Below are positions 32,795-47,410 of a stretch of DNA of 64,000 bases, piece after piece (the stretch's first letter is position 1; each line of letters starts with the position of its first letter). The position numbers were made by a program, and so were the translations under genes. The DNA comes from Flaccisagitta enflata (Eukaryota): positions 43,834,001-43,898,000 of the forward strand of contig OZ231126.1 of the NCBI GenBank assembly GCA_965153355.1, read 5' to 3'. A model generated the notes under the pieces. The model made no database searches and was not told the origin of the DNA. It saw only the letters and a list, made by a program, of their open reading frames with translations.

Positions 32795-33799
32795 GATTAA
32801 AATCAAATTTCTTTCCGCTTTTTTCCGAGTGTTTTGTTTTGTTTGTGTTTGTGGTTCTGCTGCCGAGGGGACGCCGGAATTCCTGGGCATAAGAAAAGCG
32901 ATTGCGCATTGCCGACGAGGTTCGCGCTTGCATATTGCCAACGAAGTTTACGCTTGCGCAGTTGACGCAAAAAAATATCCAGTCATTGGAAAAAGATTGG
33001 AGCCAGCATATGTCACTGCAATGTCGCTGCCGCGTATTTTGCGTTATTACTAACAAACCAGAGTGCGCTCTTACGCATCAGACACACAAATGGCGGGACG
33101 GACAGACGCAGCAAGTCATGCAAACAGACGAAAAGGGCGGTAAGGAAGATAGACGCACAGGAAGACACACTGATACTGACACTCAGACAAAAAATGCATA
33201 GGCCAACAGACACACTCACACAACAAACTAACAAACGAACCAACAAACAAACAAACAAACAAACAAACAAACAAACAAACAAACAAACAAACAAACAAAC
33301 AAACAAACAAACAAACTGACATCCCAGTGACATTCGTTCCTGGTTTTTAAAAGACGTGATTCAGATGAAATTTGATGAAATACTGAGGCAGAATACACGG
33401 TAGCATTAGTGGTGTGGGAGTGAGCATGGTCAGGGCCGTACAATTAAAACTTGTTTCTGAATGTAGGACCGGCCAACAGACAGACCAATCTAACCCACCG
33501 AGGGGTCGAGAAGCGGCTTAGAAAATTGCGTTCACTACTTGCACTAGATAAGTTGATTCGTCAAAAAGATTGCCTCGAGTAAACAAATCGAAAACAAAAA
33601 TGTAATTTCCAAACCAATTTTGGTGGATGTCAACATTTGGAATTCCATAATCCAAAGTTTCTAAACTCAATTAACGTGGAATAACCAGAAGAATCTTGAA
33701 ACATGCCAAAGGGCATTTGTGGGCTTGACAAATATTACTGCTTTTGGCTTTACTTCTTTCAAAACTTTTCAACTCTTTTCACATTCAGGCCGTTGGAAA

Positions 33800-34169
33800 A
33801 ACAAGGCCAACACCTATAAGTCGCGTGCGAGACATAAATAACTTAAGATGACTTTTATTGACTCAAGATGACTTAAAATGACTCAAGACAACTTTTAATG
33901 ACTTAAAAAGACCTAAAATGACTGAAATGACTACTTTGACCTATTTGACTTAAGTGACTTAAAATAACTTAGAATGACTTAGAATGACTTAGAATGACTT
34001 AGAATGACTTAGAATGACTTAGAATGACTTAGAATGACTTAGAATGACTAGAAATAACTTAAAGTATAATAAAAAAGTAAAGTGTGACGGACGGAAGGAC
34101 GGACGGACGGACCGACGGACCGACGGACCGACAAAGCGGGTTGTAGAGTCGCGTGCACGCGACTAAAAA
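33800..34169 (-). mobile_element. HINE family A with expanded 10-bp GAATGACTTA array
   Basis: AACAAGGCCAACACC...AGTCGCGTGC, perfect 10-mers at 33972-34049, (GACG)n, GAGTCGCGTGCACGCGACTAAAAA. Confidence 0.9.
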
Positions 34170-34949
34170 TGCGACTAAGACAAGCCTAGAACGCTCATAG
34201 TTTCACTCATTCTTGATGTTTACGATGAGAAATCGAAAAGATGTGTTATACATGCTTTTGTGCCAGTGTGGCGGATTGGATCGACGTTTCTACAGGAGAA
34301 TCTTAATAGTTAATACAAAAATGGATTTGTATTTTCCGCCTTCATGTCCATTTCACCCAAAATCTGTGTCAGGCGTGGTAGTTGTTTGAGATGCTTTATT
34401 GCGACTCGTGTGTCCCAAGCCAAGGTGCTGTTGGGTCAGCCTATGGGTCGGTCTGTTGGTCCATAGCGGTCTGTTGCTTTTTAAGAATGGTTTGTAAGTC
34501 ATCGTCTTAGCAAAAGAAAGTAAAGTTTCACGATGCTAGACTGTCTAGACAGAAGACAATCGAGAATTTGGCCTTGTTATGCCTCCTTCACTTTGCTCGG
34601 TGGACTGCGTGCAGTTTGTGTGCAATAGACGACGTTAGAGCGTCAATGTAACGTCATTTTCCGAATCGATTTACATGCAAATGATTGTAAACCCCCGACG
34701 TTGGTTCAACACGGAGATAACCCGCGCATGAACAGCAAAGAAAAATATGTAAAATGATACAAGTGATGTACTAATGTGATACTCAGAATGCACCTTTAGA
34801 TGAGGTTTTGCCATTAAATACCCATGTGTTATTGTTTAGTCACGCCTCATCAAATGAACAAAGTAGGCGATCGTGCGCCATTCCTGCCTATGATCGTCTC
34901 ACTTTTCAAAACCTGCCAGAAGCGGTCATGTTCAAACTGCCTTCCACCG

Positions 34950-35257
34950 TTTTTAGATGCGTCCGTCAGGAACGCATCTCTATAAGAGGGTCTGTCTGTC
35001 CGTCCGTCCGTCCGTCCGTGCATTGGTCCGTCCGTAACGCCTGTACAAAAGCCACGTTTCTCGGCTGATTTAGGCCACGGTGAGATCTTATACTTATACT
35101 GAATCTAGTGATCAACAAAGGTGCTTTCAGAGCCTCCTTCACTCTGTCGCTTCAGCTGTCTGTCCATCTGTATCTCCATATATGTCACATATTTAGCGCC
35201 AAAGTCATACACGCAGAGACACAGTCCGGACGCATCGTTGCCCGGTCGGGCTTGTTT
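34950..35257 (+). mobile_element. HINE family B (AGATGCG sub-TIR), intact; other copies or fragments at ~13708, 32397, 39180, 45009, 45148
   Basis: TTTTTAGATGCGTCC...ACGCATCT, (GTCC)n, GGACGCATC sub-TIR, GCCCGGTCGGGC hairpin, TTGTTT. Confidence 0.85.
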
Positions 35258-35631
35258 CCCTTCTGCTCGTTGTCGATTGCCGAATGGCTCAAGTCATTGC
35301 GTATCGGAATTGCCGTCAAAATACCGTCTGAGCGACTGGCGCAAAGTGAGAGAACTACCCATTGCCACGATCTGAATGCCCCCATTTCTACTTGCGGGAA
35401 GTGTCGCTTTGTAAATTGCGATAAATGGTCGCGTTAAAATGACCGTGGGAACCACCATTTTATACATTGCGATGATATGGCCGCGTTACAATGATCTTCT
35501 ATAACCATTGCTTCATACATCGCTCGGATAAGGCCACGTTACAATCATCCAATTTGATGCTCTCATGATCGCGACAATCGTTAATGGTAACGTTTACGCG
35601 TTAATGGTAACGTATACGCTTTAATTTGAAA

Positions 35632-35813
35632 AACAAGGCCGGATACACGGCCACCAGTTGCGGACGGGTGGGCAGGGGCGGAAATGCGCGTTTTCCCACT
35701 TTTCAACTTGAGCGTGACAACTTGAGCGTGACGGACCGACGGACGGACGGACGGACGGACGGACGGACGGACGGACAAAGCCTCTTATAGAGTTGCGTGT
35801 GCGCAACTAAAAA
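35632..35813 (-). mobile_element. HINE family A (AGTTGCG variant)
   Basis: Canonical ends and (GACG)n. Confidence 0.9.
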
Positions 35814-36730
35814 GTTGAGATATTCAAACTGAACAATTTGCCATGGTTAGAAAATTTCAAAGAAGGAGAATTACTATTCTTAATGGGCATCAGGTGCATA
35901 ATTCAACTCACCAGGTTTGCAAATGTAGCTTTAGTAATGACATGGCTTTGGAATTTCAGTTTTTTTTATCGGATGAATCTCGCTAAGTTTCAAAATGTTA
36001 TAAGAAAATGAACGGAAATATCAAATGAAAGGACTTTGTTCTCAGTCTTTGACTCCAGGCCTTAGAAAAAAAACTAATTCTCAAAGAGGGAAGACATATA
36101 TATACAATTATACATTATATCTCCCAATATTCCTATAAACCTTGACGCATAATTTTTTCCGTTGAAAGTTAGGGACTTTTTATGATAGTTATATCATCAT
36201 AACTAATCGGGTCATAATTTAAGCTAGTGGTTGAGGAGTTAAGTTTGCACCGCTTTTTGATAATTTCCCGACGTCTATTCTGCAACCTCTATTCCATCAC
36301 ATGATAGAGATTTCTGACTGTGTGAAAAATCATCGAAAAATCATCGAACTCGTTGAAGCCGTTACATATGTTAGTGACAAAACTCCATTGATTAGATGAA
36401 TTCATATGTTGTCGAGCAACAAATAGCGTCCATTGTTGTTATTAATCATGCCTACAAGTATAACGAGTGTTCAGTAAAAAAGAGCGTGCATCAATGAAGT
36501 GCGTCAATGAAATGTCTAAGAATTCAGAAATTAGATCCACTGGTAAAAAAAAAAGCCTCTGCTGAGTCAGCGGGTGCCAACTTAGATTTGTACCTCGTAA
36601 TTGTCACCTCGCTCTACACTCGACACAGAAGTACCTACTATCTGGGATAAAAATGATGGAACAAAACTCTCATGAAAACAAGACCAGATACATAGTCCTG
36701 TGTGGATGGACCAATGATATAGAATATATA

Positions 36731-37779
36731 TTTTTAGTCATGTGCTACGCTCTATGTCCGTCCATTGGTTGGTTGGTCAGTCCCCATTCTACTTTTTTTA
36801 TGTTTTTGCGGTCTTTGGCTTCACTGCTCCTACCCAAATGCTCTGGTAACTCAAATACTGCCCCTGCCCACCCGCACGCAACTGGGGTAGCCCTGTATCC
36901 GGCCTTGTTGATTGTTGCTGTGGTTTTACTTTTTCAAGTTTTACTTTTCTAATCAAATGCAAAAGTTTTGAAATTTTGCACACCACTCATTTTTTTTCAG
37001 TCCTGCAAATGTACATGGATCACATAAGAAAAGAACAAGGCCGGATACACGGCAATCCAGTCGCGGACGGTTGGGCAGAAGCAGTTGTGCGAAAAACCGC
37101 CCACAATTCAAAAATGTTATGGACGGACGGACCGATGACCAACGAACCAACAGACCGACACGGCAAGGTATAGAGTTGCGTGTCCGCAACCTAAAAACCA
37201 TGTTCTTCACTGAACAATGATGGGTATCTTTTGTGCATTCCACCTCTACAAATATGTCGTATTATATTGTGTATAATTAACTGAGGGTCGTGTTACTCTT
37301 GACCATGATAGTTGAACGTTTCTACTTGGCACCGGTATCAAGAGACATCGGTCTTCGTTTGCATACAAATGTTTACCAATTCTTTGCAGTCTGACAATTC
37401 TTTCCGTTTAGATGGCTCCCGGCTTTTCTATAGTTGAATTTTTGTGCGTATGTCCCGCCAAATGTTTGGCTAATTGAATTGATGTACAAATTTCAATCCT
37501 CGAATTATGGGCTTTGTAAAGTGGATTTTGCGCACAAGTGACGCGGGTCAAAATATCGTTTCGGACGGGTGGGCAGGGCCATCCAACCCCCAGCCTTACC
37601 CCAACCTCACCCCCAAAAGGCCCAACCACACCTGCCATGCACTCAAACACTCACATATACGCACACACAAAACAACTGCAGTAACATAAATACGCGTTTT
37701 TCAACTCGAGCGCGACGGACCAACAAACGGACCAAGGGACGCACGGACAAAGCCTCTTGTAGAGTTGCGCAATTAAAAA
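36731..37779. mobile_element. Three HINEs between the anosmin-like fragments (36731-36909 +, 37034-37197 -, 37534-37779 - family D)
   Basis: Each shows the family termini and the 3' hairpin. Confidence 0.8.
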
Positions 37780-39513
37780 CAGCGATTCACCTGTAGGAAG
37801 GCCAAGGTATCAGGCAACCAAGAAAACCATGGAAGATCCCATGACAAGTAGATAAACAACGATAACGCATCGCTGACCGATCGTCATTAGACTCATTGAA
37901 AAACTTTCTCGGCTGACTAAATGTCAACAACACGCCCAGTATTATGACCATAATATGCAACAACATTTTTCGTTGATAAAGCAATGAATAAACCGGCAGA
38001 GACCCGCGTTGACCCTCATGTATCCAAAGACGAATCGAATTGGAGAATTCAATCCTTTAAAGTAGGGAAGTAAACCTAGAATTTGGATCCATTTAAAAAT
38101 AAAATTTTTCATCATTATTAAAAAGAGAATAGTTTTAAGTAGTTTTTATTTGATATATCACATGGTAGGATTTGAAAAATTAGTGCATTTCTATAAATAT
38201 CTCTGTAAAAATATAATTATTGATGTTTCTGTCACTTTCTCAACTTAGAGGGCAAGAAACCGTTCGCAAAGGCTAGAATGAGGGAATGAGGCTACAATGG
38301 AGGGTACGTAGTGGTAAGAACTAGGAAGGCAAGAAACCGTTGGAAACACGCCGTTTTATCCGTGGGATTGTCTGCGTTTTTCTTCTTGAAAAGAAAGCAG
38401 TAAAACTGTGAACTCGGAGATAAAAAACAAACATCAAAAAGATCAAAGAATGGATCAAACAATTGATCCATAAAAATCCGCTTTATTTTTTCTCCTCACA
38501 GTTTTCTAACGCTTTCTTTCCTATATTTTCCTACTCTTTCTTTGATTTTCTTTTCTCTTCGTGCATTAAGTCGCGTGCTTGCGTCTGTCTAGAATCTACT
38601 CATCTCAGATAATGAACCTCACTCTTTAAATCGCTTTATTTACTTTTTGTTATTTCCGGTTTTGGCTCTGGAATACTTAAAATACTTGCCTGAATAGGAA
38701 ATCCAAAAATATTCTAGTTGAACATTTTTTTATCTTTTTAGCCTGCAGCGTGACATTATTTTCTCAATCAGGAAAAAGAAAAAAAACAATTTTGAAAGAA
38801 AAATCTAATCTTGGTAAAACTAGAATAATATGAGCTTTACCTAAGCAACGAGTGTTCCGAGTTTTCTCCTATGATCTAAATCCTAAAAACAATCTTTCCA
38901 CCTGAAAAAGGTCACCAATTTAGAGTGCTGCTCTTTCACAAATCGAGCCACCAACGTTGAAATGGTACAAATCTGCTTGTCCGCCAATATTGTGAACTTG
39001 GGAGCAACACTCATCCAATTTGATGCTTCTTCTCATGTAGCGAGTTTATTTTTGTACATAGTTTTATATTCTGTTGAAGATCCACACTTTATCTTATTTA
39101 GACATGCGATTATCGTGCGTTTCTGTCCCTGACCATTCGCAGGCGAATGAAATTGTGTTAGGCATTCATTCCAAATCGTGACACAGTCGGGACGCATCGT
39201 TGCCCAAACGGGCTTGTCAATCTCCTTCTTCCACCACAGTTTTATCCTTCCTCTTTTTCTTTATCTTCTTCTTTTTCTTTTTCTTTTTCTTTTTCTTCTT
39301 CTTTTTCTTCTTCTTCTTCTTTTTCTTCTTCTTCTTCTTCTCCCTCTCCTCCTTCTTCTTCCTCTTCTCCTGCTTCATTTTTTTCCTTCTTGTGTTCCTA
39401 CTTTGCCCTCTGCCTTTGGCCTTTCTCTTCCAATCGGTCGGTGAAGAATTTTGTGGTAGATTTCGTTTTTTATTCCTTTCTTATTTTATCCAACTATTAA
39501 GACTTGAGCCGGG

Positions 39514-39567
<54 letters not shown>

Positions 39568-40617
39568 ATTCCTCCTTTTTCTGCTTTTGTCGCTCTTATT
39601 CTTCAGTTACTTTGGCCCAGGTTTCTTGCATTCGCTCGCTATCTGTCTCTTTCTCTGTATGTTTCTCTGTAGCTCTGCCTCTCTGTCACTCTTTCTTGTG
39701 GTTATGAGGTAGCAATTTTGTCAGTTCATTGTCAGTTCATTGGCAATTCTTTGTTTAAGAAGTTGCTTGATAATTTGGTTATAAATTTGATTAAAATCGT
39801 AGTACAACATTGCTGTAAGCTCTTTCTCTTTCTTTTTTTTCTCTGTCCGGGGAAGAGGATTCATCTTCACCCTTTCTTCCAACATTTTTCTCTTTTAGCC
39901 CTCCCACGGGATCAATTACTAATACTCACCTAATTTTTCTTTTCTTCCATTAAAACTTCCATACTAGAACCACTGCACCGCCACTGGTCTTTTTCAACTA
40001 ATAGCCATCTTCTCAGTCTCTCTCTCTCTCTCTTTCTCTGCTTGTCGTTGCGTCTCCCACTCTCTGCCCCATTTTTCACTCGGTGGCGGCAACAGAAAGG
40101 AAGACGATTACTCAATATTCACTTCCTCTTTCTTTCAGCTTCGTTGCCTGCTCCGCCTTCTCCGCCTTCTCTTCTTTTTTCTTCATTCTCTTCTTTTTCT
40201 TCTTCTCCTCCTCCACCTTCTCCTCCTTCTTCCTCTCCTCCATCTCCTTCTTTTCCTCCCTCTCCCTCGCTTGTTTGTTCACTTGTCTTATGTCGTTTGT
40301 TGATTTTCTTTCTTTTTTTCAATCCTTATTTCCCTCGTCGACAAAATAGTAATTAAAACAAGGCCATGTGGAGCTGTAGGGCAATGGGTCCGCCCGGCGA
40401 AACGAGCGTGATAGATGGACCGACCGACCGTATATTTCGCTATTTACTATTCCGCTTTGTTATTCTGTTTTTTCTCTCTTTTATTTTCTCCCTTTTCTCT
40501 CCTTCCTCTAAGAAAAAGAAATAATCAACTTTGAATCCATTTCTTTTCCAATTAGAACTCATCTCACGTGACTGACTTTGGCGACATTCAATCATTTCTC
40601 TGCATCGTCGCCTCCGC

Positions 40618-40778
40618 TTTCCCACTTCACTCACTTCTTTGTTTTTATACATTAACATTTCACGGCTTATTATGTATGATATAACAGTCATTCTATTTCC
40701 CACTTCACTCACTTTTCTGTTTTTATACATAAACATTTCACGGCCTATCATGTATGATATAACAGTCATTCTATTTCC
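40618..40778. repeat. Direct tandem duplication, 78-bp period
   Basis: TTTCCCACTTCACTCACTT...ATAACAGTCATTCTA occurs twice. Confidence 0.9.
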
Positions 40779-40902
40779 TCTCTGATGCTGCCACTGCCAC
40801 TGCTGCGACTGTATTCCATTATTTGACACAAGGTCGCTATTTTAGGTTACTATGTATTGAAAAAATACGTTGTTTGATGCCAGTTTGATACTTTCATTAG
40901 CC

Positions 40903-40933
<31 letters not shown>

Positions 40934-41677
40934 ATATCATATCATTGTCGTTTGTCAGCTCCATAGTTTTTGGTTTGGTTTTGTAGCTTCATACCACCGT
41001 ACATATGGAAGAAATGCTTTTACCGCATTTAGGTGTCTCATTGATTTGAACCTAGACAGGTAGATATATCCTTAGTTGAGGAAGATATCAGTGTTTATTT
41101 TCCTCGTGAAAACCATATTTAAAGTAATGAGGCTCCAAAGTTTCGAAGTTCCAAAATTTCACCATATAATCCAACGGAATCCAACGGAAAAGCTCATGGA
41201 AAAATTGTTGCCAAGGAGCTCTTTCTTAATGAAGACGCCACGAAATATGGATCTTCGTGATGACCTCACACATTCAAACTGACCAATAAGCAGGAACTGC
41301 ACCGTCCATTATCTCTTGACATACAACTCCATACGCAATGTGTGTATGAACGGTATTTGACATATCTGATAATGTCGAAGGGTATTTGGCATATTTCATG
41401 ATCAAGAACGGTTTTTGGCATATTTCATAATGTAGTCGTCGACGTCTTTCCCTTTCCTCTGTCACCTTCCAACCACGCCCCATTTCGGGCGTAGTACCGG
41501 CCAAACCCACCTTTGGGCCAAAGCAAAGAAAAAAGTGTGTTCAAACGCGGTCGGGATTCCCCCTAGGAGGCTGATAAAAGAATTTTAAGTGATGAGAGAC
41601 GCCTTGGCACAAAAGAGGAAAGAATTGGTGATTTTCTGCCTCGCTCAGGATATAATGAGACAGTGGGACACATGCAG

Positions 41678-41852
<175 letters not shown>

Positions 41853-42153
41853 CAAACATTAATGCGACAAACGTAAGTAAAGACAAACAGACTGATTGAC
41901 TGACAGAAGACAAAAAAGATCATATTGACGTAGACAGACAGAAAGAATAGGTGAACAAAACCAAGATAAGCAAAGAAAGACAATTTTCGGATCGCACTTG
42001 GGCAAAGACAGAGATATAAAAACAGACATTGAGGCATATCAAGCAGAAAGAATTCCCTCATTGTTCAAAGAATGGAGAAACCTTTTGGGACGGAGATAAG
42101 AATGCAACAGAGAAACAGAAAGTATGATGAAAAGGAGATGAAGAGGGAGAGGA

Positions 42154-42660
42154 TGAAGAAGAAGAAGAAGAAGAAGAAGAAGAAGAAGAAGAAGAAGAAG
42201 AAGAAGAAAAAGAAAAAGAAAAAGAAAAAGAAAAAGAAAAAGAAAAAGAAAGAGAAAAAGAAAAAGAAAAAGAAAAAGAAAAAGAAAAAGAAGACCAAGA
42301 AAAAGAACAAGAAAAAGAAAAAGAACAAGAACAAGAACAAGAACAAGAACAAGAACAAGAACAAGAACAAGAACAAGAACATGAAGAACAAGAACAGGAA
42401 GAAAAAAAAGAAGAAAAAGACAACGAAAACGAAAACGGAAAAAAGAAGCTACTGAAGGAGTAGACGAAGAAAGAAGAGAACAACCAGTAGAAAAAAGATC
42501 TAGACGAAGAAGTTTAGGAATAAGATAAAGAAGAAGAAGAAGAAGAAGAAGAAGAAGAAGAAGAAGAAGAAGAAGAAGAAGAAGAAGAAGAAGAAGAAGA
42601 AGAAGAAGAAGAAGAAGAAGAAGAAGAAGAAGAAGAAGAAGAAGAAGAAGAAGAAGAAAG
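42154..42660. repeat. Graded GAA / GAAAAA / GAACAA microsatellite block; a similar block lies at 51920-52180
   Basis: Read directly from the sequence. Confidence 0.95.
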
Positions 42661-43260
42661 AGTAGAAAAAGAAAAGAACGGCAGAGAGAGATCGGATAAG
42701 ACTACTCAATTCTCTAAGCGATGGACCGATGGTAGTTGTTGTCATCGTTGTTTCTTTTTGCTCTTTGTTTATGGCCTACCGTTGTTGCCTTTAAGCAGCG
42801 GCTTCCAATACGACAGAATGCAAAAGCGCGAACGTTAAGTGGAAGTCTGCTTGCATAGAAAACCTTCAAGAATTAACTGTCGGTGAGTCTTTTAGTATAA
42901 GAGTTTTATGATCTGTTTTTAGTCGCATGCCCGGTATAGCAGTGAGCTGGTCTGTCGGCCAATTTCATCACTGCCCCTGCCCACTCACACGTGACTTTGG
43001 CAGCCGTGTGTCCGGCTTGCTTGTTATGGAAATTCAGTATTCACCCTGTATATATACATATTAGTCAACGTGGCCGACTCTGTCTACTCTCCTGCAACAT
43101 GCACAAATAATCATCACTGAACTAATCAGAATTGCACTGCCCCTGCTGATCTTTCCTACTCACGGTCTCTGAACCCATATCTGAATAAATCATAAAATCT
43201 GGGCTCTGGGCCACGATTCAGCTCTTTTTTTGTCTGTCTATGTTTGAACTCTACGATGGC

Positions 43261-43876
<616 letters not shown>

Positions 43877-44391
43877 AGACAATGGCTCAAGTCAATAGTG
43901 CTAAAGATATTGAGGTAATCAGCCATACCCTTCGTTTTTTGTCGCATGTTAAGCGACTCAATAAGAGGGTTTGTCCATGGGTCTGTCCATCCATATGCCT
44001 GCCCATCCGTCCGTTCATCCATCCATCCATCCGATAGTTCGTAACGCGAAAATTTAAACGAAGCATATCGGATGAAAAAGCTGTAGCGATTAAATTTAGC
44101 ATTTTAGTCCCTGCCCGGCCACACTGCAGCTTTCGCCCACCCAGGATGGGGAAAGCGATACATCAACTGTGTTATATGTTGGAAGCAATTGAAAATGTGC
44201 CCGTGCAAAGTCACTGACCAGAGAAAAATCTATGTTCTTTCACTCCAATAAGAATAGAAAGAGCCACCGTCTATACCACCACCCCTGGTGACCAGGGGTC
44301 ACTGCATATCATGACGGGGAGAAAAACAACGACAAAAAAAAGAATGCTTGGCAATGTCATCACTTTGACTCAAAGTTTGAGAGAGAGAGAG

Positions 44392-44493
<102 letters not shown>

Positions 44494-45639
44494 GAAAAAG
44501 CTGTCGCGGGAAAGTGTCATATTCCTATCTAAACCATCAAACTTGACTTCTTTTTATGGCGTCAAGAGACTTGAACAAAGGCAATGCGTGAAACACCTAG
44601 GAGTGGCGTGGCGTGGCGTGGCGTGGCTCGGCCTGGCCTGGCCTGGCCTGGCCTGGCCTGACCTGGTCTGGTCTGGTCTGGTCTGGCCTGCTCTGGTCTT
44701 GTCTGAATAGTTTCTTTCATAACTTAAATTATACCCTGAAAACGTTGCCCATTGAGCTTTAAAAATATAATCAAAACATCAGTGTCCCATTATTGATTAT
44801 GAAGGGCTCGCACAAGATTTAGCACAGTCAGACAAAGCGCGTAGCGTGAACGCAGTCTCAGTAAAGTACTGACTCAGAGAGAGCATCACGGTATTCTGGC
44901 CTCGACGGTCCACAGGCTTAAACTTTGGACCCATTAAACGGCCCCTTACCTTGGCATCGAAACAAAACCCTAGAAAAAAAAAAAACTTTTCGGCGTTCTC
45001 TCTTCCTCTTTTTAGATGCGTGATCGCATCTCTATGAGAGGGTCTGTCCGTCCGTCTGTCCGTCCATCCGTCTGTCTGTTTGTCGGTCTGTCCGTTACGC
45101 CTCCTAATATCATGCTGATGATCCATCGACTTACCCGCCTGGGCTTGTTTGATGTGTCCTCTCATCTCGATAAGAGGTCATGTCTGTTCGTTTGTCGGTC
45201 CGTTGGTTGCTCTGTTCATCGCGCAAATGTTTAATTCCCAAATTCAGATACTCTTTTGACAGACGTGTATCATTCGCTCATATGTGTGATCTTTCATTTG
45301 TTCATTCATTCATTCATTCATTCATTCATTCATTCATTCATTCATTCATTCATTCTTTCATTCATTCATTCATTCATTCATTTATCTATTCATTCCTTCA
45401 TTCATTCATTCCTTCATTCATTCATTCATTCATTCATTCATTCATAAAAGATGTTCATTCACAGAGGACTCGGACGCATCGTTGCCCTACTTTAACATGT
45501 TTTTTTTTCCATTTTGCTTTTTTTTTTTCTTTCTTTGTTTGTTTCATTCTTTGATTCTGTCTTTGTCTCATTCATTTTTTTTCTCTCTTTCTTACTTTTT
45601 TCTTTCTTCTAATCTTTCTCTTCTCTTCTTTCTTCTATT

Positions 45640-45687
<48 letters not shown>

Positions 45688-45688
45688 A

Positions 45689-45719
<31 letters not shown>

Positions 45720-45857
45720 TCCTTCTTCCTACTTACTTTTTTTCTTACTTTCACTTTTTTCTTTCTCTTTTATCTCTTTTTTTTCCTTCCTTTCTTCCTT
45801 TCTTATTTTCTTTCTTTCTTTCTTTCCTTCTGTTTTTTCTTCTTTCTCTCTCTTTTT

Positions 45858-46026
<169 letters not shown>

Positions 46027-47410
46027 TCCCTTTCTCCGTCTTAGCTTGCCTTGGCCGGGTCACCGAGTCACTAATGAGGAGAGACTTTTGTCTAACGCCA
46101 CTCCAGATAAGAAGATCAGACCCGAGCGCCATCTTCCCGGCCGGCCGAAACGGCGACTTCATCCGGCCGGCCGATACGCCGACTAGAGCCTGCCGACAAA
46201 TGTGGCAGCTCGATCCGGCCAACCGGCAGCTCAGTGAGACAAACAGACGAACCGACCGACCCCGGGAAGCTAAAAAAAGACGCTTGAGGGAAAGCAAAGT
46301 GGTCTATGAGGGTTAGGAGGAGGACGAAGGAGGAAGAAGACGAAGAAGAAGAAGAAGAAGAAGAAGAAGAAGAAGAAGAAGAAGAAGAAGAAGAAGAAGA
46401 AGAAGAAGAAGAAGAAGAAGAAGAAGAAGAAGAAGAAACGGAAGAGGAAAAATTTTCAGAAAAAAAAAACGAAAACAAGAACCATAAAGGGAAGACGAAA
46501 AAGAAGAGATGAAGGAAAAACAAGTGAAGGGGGGAATAATAGGAAGAGCATCTGACCAATAAAAAAGACAAGGAAAAAAATAAAAAAAATGAAAAAGAAA
46601 TAAAGACGGTAATGCGGCTTAGTTTGGTTAGAGTGCCTCTGAGAGAACTAACTGCGGAAGAAATGAGGAACTGAGAAAAAAAAATACAGGAGAGGGGAAA
46701 AAACGAAGCGGAAGTGTTTCTGGTTCATATAGTCTCGTTTGGAGTATTACTGGCATGAGCCAAAAGCTCAACCTCGATTCCTATCACTTCTCCCTTTTAT
46801 CCTATCCCCTTGACCATTCTATCACATGGACCGCTGCAATCAAACACTTTGAACTGCTTCTCACTCTTAAATCACTAATTCATCCAATCACCTACCAACA
46901 CCCTTTAATTTTTATAACATTTATAACCGGTAATACTCTTGCAAATGCCACCACCCAACATTCCTCTCCAACTTACCTTCAATCCTACTTTTCCGTCCTC
47001 TCCCGATCACCGACCACCTCTTAGCAACCCCGCCATCATAGCTGATAGTCGTCCGGTTGTTTTACTGGCACCCCCACCACCAACCACCACCATTGGTACA
47101 CCAACCTCTCGAACATGAAAAATTCAGAATGTAGCGAGATATTAACAGATGCAGCAGACATTTAAAGAACAAGGCCGGATACACGGCTACCCCAGTCGCG
47201 TGCGGGTGGGCAGGAGCAGTGCCGGAGAAGGTCACTAGAGCATTTGGGCAGGAGCAGTAGGCTAAACTAGTCATCCAAGGATCGCACATGGTCAGCGGTA
47301 CCCGATGCCCTGCTTGGAGTAATCAGCTAAAGAGGTGGAGTGGGAGCAGGGCAGCGGCCCCAAAGGGCCGATGTCCTGTAGGACACGGGTGAATTTCCAT
47401 ACGTCCTGAG

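Larger units (their letters stand above)
30786..37966 (-). pseudogene. ANOS1-like: Decayed anosmin-1/KAL1-like gene: signal peptide, Cys-box, WAP remnant and many FN3-like repeats
   Basis: Exon 37966-37791 MLLHIMVIILGVLLTFSQPRKFFNESNDDRSAMRYRCLSTC..CLIPW with AG|gtgaat donor; EICTSIQLAKH..EKPGA (~37490-37415); NVQLSW (~37310); VERGDNYEVQI*VGTR*LSRGF (~36618-36552); TVRNLYHVME*RL (~36320); HLKVHSEYHIS (~34800); FWVKW and FLIVNIKNE*NYE (34365-34195); GNLFDESTYLVQV (~33570); NAQVTECADDSIQTI* and DGCLVG/YRIVF (31925-31795); EEGTEYKVVI (~31650); IAIDFNRPKDTEEPTHFY across a MITE; AAG|gtaagt donor at 30786. Confidence 0.55.

Noticed and set aside
32860-33053. GC-richer open segment (EGTPEFLGIRK...RYY*)
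   Set aside because: It is open in several frames, contains a 27-bp duplication and shows no recognisable motif
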